A stretch of 32,000 nt of DNA from Opitutia bacterium KCR 482 (lineage in GTDB: Bacteria > Verrucomicrobiota > Verrucomicrobiia > Opitutales > Intestinicryptomonadaceae). A program made the translations under genes and the position numbers. Location: the NCBI GenBank assembly GCA_029269845.2, contig CP149973.1, positions 330,001 through 362,000 on the forward strand, in the 5' to 3' direction. Positions 25,678 through 32,000 of the stretch are shown piece by piece. Below the pieces are notes generated by a model. The model saw only the letters and a list, made by a program, of their open reading frames with translations. It made no database searches and was not told the DNA's origin. Every line of letters begins with the position of its first letter. Position 1 is the first letter of the stretch.

Positions 25678-26667
25678 ATGATGAAAAAACCGATTAAAAT
25701 TACCGTCACAGGCTCTACGGGGCACATAGGATACTCCCTTTTGTTCAAAATCGCAAACGGCGGAATGTTCGGGCCCGACCAGCCCGTCGATTTGATGATG
25801 CTCGGCGTCTACCCAGGGGCTGGCTCGATGCGCGTGGGGCTTGCCATGGAGCTTGAAGACTGCGCCTACCCCACCCTCAATTCGATGTCGTCAACGACCG
25901 ACCTCGACGAGGGCTTTTCGGGCGCGAACTGGATTATCATGCTCGGCTGCGCCCCGCGCAAAAAGGGAATGGAACGCGCCGACCTCCTTGAAATGAACGG
26001 CAGAATGTTCATCGGGCAGGGACACAGCATTGCAAAAAACGCCGACGACGACGTGCGGATTCTCGTTGTCGGCAACCCGTGCAACACAAACGCATGGATT
26101 GCCATGAACAACGCCGAGGGCGTGCCCGCCGACAGGTGGTTCGCCCTCACGCGACTCGACGAAAACCGCGCAAAGGCGCAGCTTGCAAAAAAGGCCGGCG
26201 TGCATGTCGGCGACGTGAGCAACATGTGCGTTTGGGGCAACCATTCCAACACGCAGTTCCCGGACTTCTTCAACGCGAAAATCTGCGGCAAACCCGCAAC
26301 CGAAGTTATCGCCGACAGACACTGGCTTGAAAACGACTTCGTGCACATCGTCCGAAACAGGGGCGCGGCGGTGATTGAGGAGCGCGGGGCGTCGAGCGCG
26401 GCGAGTGCGGCAAGCGCGATTGTCGATACCGTGCAGTCAATCATCAATCCCACGCCCGACGGCGATTTCCACAGCATAGGCGTCTGCTCCGACGGCTCGT
26501 ACGGAACGCAAAAAGGGCTGATTACCTCAATGCCTATTCGCAGCGACGGCAAAAACGTGGAAATCGTGCAGGGGCTTGAAATCAACGATTTTTCGCGCAA
26601 GGCAATCGACGCGTCGGTGGCGGAACTCGCCGACGAAGCCGAAACATTCAAAAAGCTCGCATTCTAA
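25678..26667 (+). CDS. mdh: Malate dehydrogenase (NAD-dependent, LDH-like MDH family)
   Basis: 329 aa with ITVTGSTGHIGYSLLF, VVGNPCNTNA and VWGNHSNTQFPD, which are typical of this MDH family. Confidence 0.92.
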   Translation: MMKKPIKITVTGSTGHIGYSLLFKIANGGMFGPDQPVDLMMLGVYPGAGSMRVGLAMELEDCAYPTLNSMSSTTDLDEGFSGANWIIMLGCAPRKKGMERADLLEMNGRMFIGQGHSIAKNADDDVRILVVGNPCNTNAWIAMNNAEGVPADRWFALTRLDENRAKAQLAKKAGVHVGDVSNMCVWGNHSNTQFPDFFNAKICGKPATEVIADRHWLENDFVHIVRNRGAAVIEERGASSAASAASAIVDTVQSIINPTPDGDFHSIGVCSDGSYGTQKGLITSMPIRSDGKNVEIVQGLEINDFSRKAIDASVAELADEAETFKKLAF

Positions 26668-26781
26668 AAGAATGCGAGCAGACGCAATAACGCGGCATAC
26701 GGCATAAAAAAGCAGCAGCAACGCGTTTCACCCGCCTTGTACGCGCCGCACAGTTAAGCCCGACTTTCGGACTTGCAACAC

Positions 26782-26815
26782 AAAAAAACGCTTCGGATTT
26801 CTCCGAAGCGTTTTT
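26782..26815 (-). terminator. Terminator downstream of PEP-CTERM paralog A (hairpin symmetrical, possibly bidirectional)
   Basis: Perfect 12-bp stem AAACGCTTCGGA (26786-26797) / TCCGAAGCGTTT (26802-26813) with a TTTC loop. It is flanked by an A-run and a T-run. Confidence 0.6.
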
Positions 26816-26893
26816 GCGTGCCGAATTTGCTTTTTTACTTGCGGCGGCGGTAAACTGCCAAGCCGAGCGCGATTGCCCCGAAAATCGCCGCCC
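26797..26893. repeat. 97-nt direct repeat, copy 1 (terminator half plus the last 19 codons of PEP-CTERM paralog A)
   Basis: It is base-for-base identical to 29077-29173 (offset 2280 nt), compared by eye. Similarity extends with 3 mismatches back to about 26782/29062. Confidence 0.85.
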
Positions 26894-27791
26894 ATGTCGC
26901 GGGTTCGGGAATCGACGTCACAGTTGCGAAAATGTAATCTTTGCCGTCGATTGTCGTTTCGCCGATTTCAAAGTTCGAATAAGATTCGTTATTAACCGCG
27001 TTTCCGTCCTTGTCTACAAAAGAAAGAAGTTGGAATTTGCCATTCGCAACAAGGGTAATTGTTTTGGCGTCATTGTCGAATGAATCTACCAAAGATTTGA
27101 TGAAATATATGGAGCCGTCCATGAGGTTTTCGCCAGTAAGCTTCACGATAGAGGTTGGGTATGAAGCAAAACCAGCACCACCCCATCCCTGCACAAACAA
27201 GGCAGCGTCATTCGTAATGTTGATTTGGAAAACCGCGGAATTGGGATTGCGAACGTCCCATATTATGCTCTGGTCTGCGCTCATATTGAGCTTGCATACA
27301 TTCGAGACATAAACGCGCGTGTTGTTGAGAGCATACGCATTATGGAGGTTCATTTCAATGTTACCACGAACCACGCCGATTACGGGAAGTTTTATTGTAC
27401 CCGCATAGCCCTTTTCAACGTTAAGAACTACATAGCCCGCTGTTGTGCCAGCGTCAGCGGAAGTGGCAAGACCTTTTGATGTAATCAGGCTTGCAGTGGA
27501 ACCGCTCTTGAAGTTGAGAACAACATTGCCTTTTGTGCCGATTGAATATTTTGCGAACTGGAACATTGCGCCATCGCCGACATTAATTGTAGCGTCGCCC
27601 GTGGTATCGAAATCAACCGTCGCGTTATCGAACAAAAGCGCGGTAGTGTCTTGACTTTGTATTTCGGAAGCGGAGCCGCTGCCAGAAATTGTCCAGCCGT
27701 TTACGCCATTGAAGTCTGTATCGACTTCGGTAAACGCCGCAAAAGCGCAGCTTGCGGCGAAAAGAGAGAGTATTGTTGCTGTTTTTCTCAT
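26835..27791 (-). CDS. PEP-CTERM sorting-domain secreted protein (paralog A)
   Basis: The start was taken at ATG 27791 inside track ORF 26835..28022. This gives the signal peptide MRKTATILSLFAASCAFAAF. The C-terminus is IPEPATWAAIFGAIALGLAVYRRRK, the PEP motif plus TM helix plus Arg cluster. Confidence 0.8.
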   Translation of the reverse strand: MRKTATILSLFAASCAFAAFTEVDTDFNGVNGWTISGSGSASEIQSQDTTALLFDNATVDFDTTGDATINVGDGAMFQFAKYSIGTKGNVVLNFKSGSTASLITSKGLATSADAGTTAGYVVLNVEKGYAGTIKLPVIGVVRGNIEMNLHNAYALNNTRVYVSNVCKLNMSADQSIIWDVRNPNSAVFQINITNDAALFVQGWGGAGFASYPTSIVKLTGENLMDGSIYFIKSLVDSFDNDAKTITLVANGKFQLLSFVDKDGNAVNNESYSNFEIGETTIDGKDYIFATVTSIPEPATWAAIFGAIALGLAVYRRRK

Positions 27792-27898
27792 GATGGATTT
27801 TTGGGGTTGATAAAATATTAAAATGGAAAGGAAGTTTGAATAGTCAACAGAAAATTGTGAAAAAAAATCTCCCCCACCTATCGCAAGCCTCTGGGGCG

Positions 27899-27938
27899 CA
27901 AAAAAAAAGACGCCTCGGATACCCGTCCGAAGCGTCTT
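27899..27938 (-). terminator. Terminator downstream of PEP-CTERM paralog B
   Basis: Hairpin GACGCCTCGGA (27909-27919) / TCCGAAGCGTC (27926-27936) with one mismatch. On the minus strand it is followed by a T-run (complement of 27901-27908). Confidence 0.5.
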
Positions 27939-27961
27939 GAAAAACAACCTTCCGAATTGCA

Positions 27962-28948
27962 CTATTTGCGGCGGCGGTAGACTGCCAAGCCCAGCGCGAT
28001 TGCCCCGAAAATCGCCGCCCATGTCGCGGGTTCGGGAATCGACGTCATAGTCGCATAGGTGTATTTAACGCCGTCGATTGTCTTTTCGCCGATTTCAAAA
28101 TTTGCGTAGGAGTCGCCGTTAACCGCATTGCCGTCCTTGTCTACAAACGAGACTGTGTGCAGGTTTTCAACGCCGTTGTTCATGCCCTTCAATGTGATGG
28201 TCTTGGCGTCGTTGTCGAAGCTTGCAACCATGGAGCTTACAAAGTAAATGTAGCCGTCCATGAGGTCGTCGCCCATGAGCATCACGGACGAACCCGACGC
28301 ATAGTTAATTGCGTAATCGCCCCCAACTACAAAGAGCGACGCGCCGTCGGTAATATTCAGGCCTAAAATGCCTTTATCCTTGGAATTGCGGACGTCCCAC
28401 CTAATGCTCTGGTCGGCGCTCATGCTGACTGTTGTCTGTTTGCTAACGAACATACGCGTCTGATTGAGTGCGTATGCGCTGTGCAGGTTCATAGTGAGCT
28501 TGGCGAAAGTCTGACCGCCATTGTAGGCGCAGCCAAAAACGGGAACGCTCAATTTTCCGAGGTAGCCTTTTTCGACGTTGACTGTCAAATTGCCGCCGAT
28601 ATTGCCGCCGTCGTAGGAGGTCGCAATGCCTTTGCTTGCGGTAAGGCTGGCGTTCGAGCCGCTCTTGAAATTGAGGACTACATCGCCCTTAATGCCGATT
28701 GAATATTTTGCGTACTGGAACGCAGCACCGCTGCCGACCTTGATTTCCAAGCCGTCTGTCGAATCGAAATCGATTGTGGCGTTGTCGAGCAAAAGCGCGG
28801 TTGTGTTCTGCGCTCCGAGTTCGGAAGCCGAGCCGCTGCCAGAAATTGTCCAGCCGTTTACGCCATTGAAGTCGGTTTCGGTTTCGGTGAATGCCGCAAA
28901 AGCGCAGCTTGCGGCAAAAAGAGAGACTATTGTTGCTGTTTTTCTCAT
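27962..28948 (-). CDS. PEP-CTERM sorting-domain secreted protein (paralog B)
   Basis: 328 aa. The N-terminus is MRKTATIVSLFAASCAFAAFTETETDFNGVNGWTISGSGSASE. The C-terminus IPEPATWAAIFGAIALGLAVYRRRK is identical to that of paralog A at protein level. The two proteins align along their whole length. Confidence 0.85.
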   Translation of the reverse strand: MRKTATIVSLFAASCAFAAFTETETDFNGVNGWTISGSGSASELGAQNTTALLLDNATIDFDSTDGLEIKVGSGAAFQYAKYSIGIKGDVVLNFKSGSNASLTASKGIATSYDGGNIGGNLTVNVEKGYLGKLSVPVFGCAYNGGQTFAKLTMNLHSAYALNQTRMFVSKQTTVSMSADQSIRWDVRNSKDKGILGLNITDGASLFVVGGDYAINYASGSSVMLMGDDLMDGYIYFVSSMVASFDNDAKTITLKGMNNGVENLHTVSFVDKDGNAVNGDSYANFEIGEKTIDGVKYTYATMTSIPEPATWAAIFGAIALGLAVYRRRK

Positions 28949-29076
28949 GGATGGTTTATTGTTTAGTATAATGAAAAAATGAAGAAGGAGTTTGTAATGT
29001 CAATAGAATAAAGCGCGAATTTTAATTTTCCTTCGCCCCTGCCCTACCATTGCGCGCGCAAAAAAAGGCGCTTCGA

Positions 29077-29173
29077 ATTTCTCCGAAGCGTTTTTGCGTG
29101 CCGAATTTGCTTTTTTACTTGCGGCGGCGGTAAACTGCCAAGCCGAGCGCGATTGCCCCGAAAATCGCCGCCC
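29077..29173. repeat. 97-nt direct repeat, copy 2
   Basis: Identical to 26797-26893. It contains a slightly degenerate copy of the paralog A terminator hairpin (29068-29091) and the PEP-CTERM tail remnant. Confidence 0.85.
29115..29173 (-). pseudogene. Remnant of a third PEP-CTERM gene (last 18 codons plus stop only)
   Basis: It encodes ...AAIFGAIALGLAVYRRRK* with nucleotide identity to the paralog A 3' end. Similarity stops inside the Trp codon of PATW, 6 nt from the pdxA stop codon (29180-29182). No PEP motif, body or start is left. Confidence 0.6.
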
Positions 29174-29179
29174 GCGCCC

Positions 29180-30106
29180 CTACTTTTCCGAAAGTTTGAA
29201 CGCAAGCTCGACCGCCGCCCCGAAGCTCGAAGCCGACGCTATCGACTTGCCAGCAATCGAAAACCCCGTGCCGTGGTCGGGGCTTGTGCGCACCCATTTC
29301 AGGTTCATTGAGACGTTTACTGCTTTGTCGAACTCCAAGGCTTTCAGCGGAGCAAGCCCCTGGTCGTGGTACATGGACACAATGCAGTCGAACTCGCCTT
29401 TTAGCGCGCGCTCGAAGACGGTATCGGGAGGGAGCGCAACCGACAAATTCGGGTATTTTTCCGAGCGGAGCCTGTCGAGCGCGGGATTGATTACGCGGAT
29501 TTCCTCTACGCCCAGAATGCCGCCCTCGCCCGCGTGCGGGTTGAGTCCGCAAACGGCAATGCGGGGGTGTTCGATTCCGCGCACTTTACGCGCAAGCGAG
29601 CACGCCGCCCCGACCGCGCGGGAGATTTTTTTCGCGTCGAGCGAGTCGGGCACGTCTCGCAGAGGTTCGTGCCAAGTTGCGAGCGCAAGCAGAAGTTTTT
29701 CGCCCGCGAACGCCATTACGGGAGTTCCGCCCCAGCGCGACGCAAAAAATTCCGTCTGCCCCGCGAAGTCGAAGCCCACTTTGCGCATTTCGAATTTCGA
29801 AATCGGGGCAGTCGCAACCGCCCTGTAAAGCCCGTCGGCGCAGCCTTTCGCCGCCGCTTCGAGAGACTCGAACGCGACCATCGCGCCCTCCGCGCAGGGT
29901 TCGCCCGCAACGGCTTCGAACTCAGGCGAGCCTACGGCGCGTTTCGAAACGGTATCGGGCAGCGTTTCGAGAAATTTTGCGTGCGCAATAACCTCCGTCT
30001 TCCGCGCCAAATCGGGGTTTTCCACAGCCCACTTGCGGATTATTTCCGCGCCGACCCCCGACGGGTCGCCGATTGTGATTGCAAGTTTTTTTTCGGAAAA
30101 ATCCAT
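29180..30106 (-). CDS. pdxA: 4-hydroxythreonine-4-phosphate dehydrogenase PdxA
   Basis: 308 aa with LAITIGDPSGVGAEII, GLNPHAGEGG, SMYHDQGL and VRTSPDHGTGF, the PdxA family motifs. Confidence 0.9.
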   Translation of the reverse strand: MDFSEKKLAITIGDPSGVGAEIIRKWAVENPDLARKTEVIAHAKFLETLPDTVSKRAVGSPEFEAVAGEPCAEGAMVAFESLEAAAKGCADGLYRAVATAPISKFEMRKVGFDFAGQTEFFASRWGGTPVMAFAGEKLLLALATWHEPLRDVPDSLDAKKISRAVGAACSLARKVRGIEHPRIAVCGLNPHAGEGGILGVEEIRVINPALDRLRSEKYPNLSVALPPDTVFERALKGEFDCIVSMYHDQGLAPLKALEFDKAVNVSMNLKWVRTSPDHGTGFSIAGKSIASASSFGAAVELAFKLSEK

Positions 30107-30111
30107 AATTT

Positions 30112-30906
30112 TTACTTCTCCCTGCCCGTGAACGGCGAGAGGTAATGGCGGCCTTCCGCCGCAAAGAAGTTCAGGAAGTTTTCGCCCGCGGGGGTTTTCG
30201 CCGCGCCCGATTCAATCAGCGCAAGGGCGTTTTTGCGGGCGGAGGGGTTGGCGTAGACGCCCGCGTAGAGCGACTTCACCTCCGCGATTTCCGCGCGGGG
30301 CATTTTGCGGCGCGTCATGCCGATTAGGTTCAGCCCGCTCAGCCTGTTGCGCGAGTGCGCAATCGTGTACGGGGGAATATCCATCGACGACGCCGAGTTT
30401 CCGCTTACAATCACGCCGTCGCCTATTCTCACGCGCTGGTGAATCATTACGCCGCCGCTTACGAAAACGTCTTTGCCCACGTGAACGTGCCCCGCGAGGG
30501 CGGAGAAGCAGCCCGCGATGTAATTGTCGCCAACAACGCAGTCGTGCCCGACGTGCGACGACGCCATCATGAGGGCGCATTTGCCGATTTTCGTCGCCGA
30601 TTCCGCGAAGGTCGCCCTGTGCACCGTCGCGCTTTCGCGTATGACGGAGCCTGCGCCGATTTCGACGTAGGACGGCACGGAGCTGTCGAAATGCAGGTCC
30701 TGCGGTTCGCCGCCGACTACCGCAAACGAGCCTATCTTGCAGTTTTCCGCGATTCTCGCCCAGCCGCAGACCCGCGCGTGCGGCTCTATCACGCAGCCGT
30801 CGCCTATTTGCGCGCCGCCCTCTATTATTGCGTACGCGCCCACTACGACATTTTCGCCGAGCAGGACGTTTTCTCCCAAAATTGCCGTGGGGTGTATTGT
30901 GCTCAT
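30112..30906 (-). CDS. lpxA: Acyl-ACP--UDP-N-acetylglucosamine O-acyltransferase LpxA
   Basis: 264 aa. The N-terminus is IHPTAILGENVLLGENVVVGAYAIIEG. Hexapeptide repeats follow, with HVGHDCVVGD (catalytic His region) and a C-terminal helical domain. Confidence 0.92.
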   Translation of the reverse strand: MSTIHPTAILGENVLLGENVVVGAYAIIEGGAQIGDGCVIEPHARVCGWARIAENCKIGSFAVVGGEPQDLHFDSSVPSYVEIGAGSVIRESATVHRATFAESATKIGKCALMMASSHVGHDCVVGDNYIAGCFSALAGHVHVGKDVFVSGGVMIHQRVRIGDGVIVSGNSASSMDIPPYTIAHSRNRLSGLNLIGMTRRKMPRAEIAEVKSLYAGVYANPSARKNALALIESGAAKTPAGENFLNFFAAEGRHYLSPFTGREK

Positions 30907-30907
30907 A

Positions 30908-32000
30908 TTAGTCCTCGTTTTCCGCCTCTATCAAGAGCTTTCGCCTGTATCCTCTGACGTGCCCGATTTTTATTGTGGCGGTGAAAAGAATGCCGAAAAG
31001 CGTCGAGGCGTACGCCGCCATGAGGCTCGCCGTGACGATGCCCATCGTAAGCAGCACCAGCGAAACCACCGTGCCCGCCAAGCCGATGTACAGGCCGAGG
31101 TCGAAAAGGTTGTCCTCGTTTTCGAGCAGTTTGAGTTTGAGTTTTGCTGGCGCGACCGTCCGCTTGATTGCCGCAAGGCGAATCAGGCTGACGAGATAGA
31201 CTGTGAACTGCATGACAAAAAACAGTCCCACCGCCGCCAATGTTGCCGAATCAGATTCGAATTTCATAGTCTCCTCTCCGATTGTGTTTACTACTTTTTC
31301 AAATGCAAATTTTAATTCGGGCGCGGGCGTATTTTCCGCGCTCTCGATTTTTATTTTGAACGCGTCGGGCTCGAACGCCAAAAATACGAAAAGCGACACC
31401 ATTGCGCCCTCCAAAAGTCCGCGTCCGAGCGCGAGCGTCGAGCGCCACGACGGCGTGTCGCGGCGGCGAGAGAATATCCGCACAGCCCCCCTCACCGCCA
31501 TATATCCGCCTATTATGCTCAGGAAAATTTTTAGCGAAAGCAGCGCAGCTCCGTGCCGCGCCGCAACGCCGCCCAGAAATTCGCGTATCGGCGACAGCGC
31601 GGGCGAGAAAATCTTCGCCGCGTACGAATCGCGGTAAATGGGTTTGTCGGCGGACAGCAGGAATTTCGCCGCGCCCTCGCCGTGCATGTAGGCAAAGGCG
31701 AAGTCGCGCCTGCGGTCGGGGTCGGAAAGATATTTAATGCTGTCGGCAACTCCGCAGCCCGAAATCGCCGCCGCCGCAAGCAGTTTGAAATCGTCGGGAG
31801 AGTCTCCGCAGAGCTTGGCGAAATCGTAGACTTCGCCGATTTCCGAAAACCTCGCGAAAATCGAGCGCAGCAAAACCCAGTCGCACTTTTTCGAAAGCAC
31901 CAAGACGCCGAGGCAGTATTTTTCAAGGCGTTCCTTTTCGGCAGTGTCGGTCTGCGAGGCGTTGAGGGTTGCCGAAAAGCTTTTGAGGAAGTCGGGCGGA
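30908..32000 (-). CDS. Membrane protein with a MotA/TolQ/ExbB-like C-terminal channel domain; the 5' end lies outside the window
   Basis: The track lists 30908..31903 from a TTG. By hand the frame stays open up to the window edge (...PPDFLKSFSATLNASQTDTAEKERLEKYCLGVLVLSKK...). The C-terminus LGLYIGLAGTVVSLVLL...LMAAYASTLFGILFTATI resembles the LGLxGTV / TTxxG helices of MotA/ExbB. The stop lies 1 nt from the lpxA start. Confidence 0.55.
   Translation of the reverse strand, partial: PPDFLKSFSATLNASQTDTAEKERLEKYCLGVLVLSKKCDWVLLRSIFARFSEIGEVYDFAKLCGDSPDDFKLLAAAAISGCGVADSIKYLSDPDRRRDFAFAYMHGEGAAKFLLSADKPIYRDSYAAKIFSPALSPIREFLGGVAARHGAALLSLKIFLSIIGGYMAVRGAVRIFSRRRDTPSWRSTLALGRGLLEGAMVSLFVFLAFEPDAFKIKIESAENTPAPELKFAFEKVVNTIGEETMKFESDSATLAAVGLFFVMQFTVYLVSLIRLAAIKRTVAPAKLKLKLLENEDNLFDLGLYIGLAGTVVSLVLLTMGIVTASLMAAYASTLFGILFTATIKIGHVRGYRRKLLIEAENED

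Noticed and set aside
29094-29828. Track ORFs 29115-29552 (minus, ending ...AAIFGAIALGLAVYRRRK), and 29094-29828 and 26814-27083 (plus, both starting MRAEFAFLLAAAVNCQAERDCPENRRP).
   Set aside because: The shared peptide ends only reflect the duplicated 97-nt PEP-CTERM tail read in sense or antisense. The rest of each ORF runs out of frame or antisense through pdxA or paralog A. Only the 59-nt remnant is real.

Overview
This is a 32-kb GC-rich chromosomal segment from a diderm bacterium. It encodes PEP-CTERM proteins, LpxA/LpxI and ExbB/ExbD, and many genes lack a Shine-Dalgarno site. A PVC-group origin (Verrucomicrobiota or Lentisphaerota-like) is my guess only. Most genes are housekeeping: secD (partial), yajC, an orphan RHH regulator, leuS, lpxI, sufE, exbB-exbD-exbD, a hexapeptide transferase with an ArnC-like GT2 and an ArnA-like formyltransferase, tRNA-Gly(CCC), a porin, an SQR-like flavoprotein, ogg, tex, mdh, two tandem PEP-CTERM paralogs plus a remnant, pdxA, lpxA, and a partial MotA/ExbB-like membrane protein. 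The stand-out is a complete, compact type II-C-like CRISPR-Cas9 locus at about 12.1-17.9 kb. On the minus strand it has cas9 (1073 aa, divergent motifs, all nuclease residues present), cas1 and cas2. These converge on a plus-strand array of 18 x 36-nt repeats and 17 x 30-nt spacers. Immediately after the array, on the same strand, lies a predicted ~78-nt tracrRNA with promoter-like hexamers, an anti-repeat pairing over 21 repeat positions, and a single perfect 15-bp terminator hairpin. The locus sits between sugar-modification genes and a tRNA-Gly 3' end and looks lower in GC than its flanks, which suggests an acquired island. Secondary observations are a 97-nt perfect direct repeat bracketing the PEP-CTERM paralogs, small membrane-peptide ORFs upstream of cas9, and a MotA-like gene coupled to lpxA-pdxA. 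Everything rests on reading the sequence and the ORF track by hand; no database search was possible.
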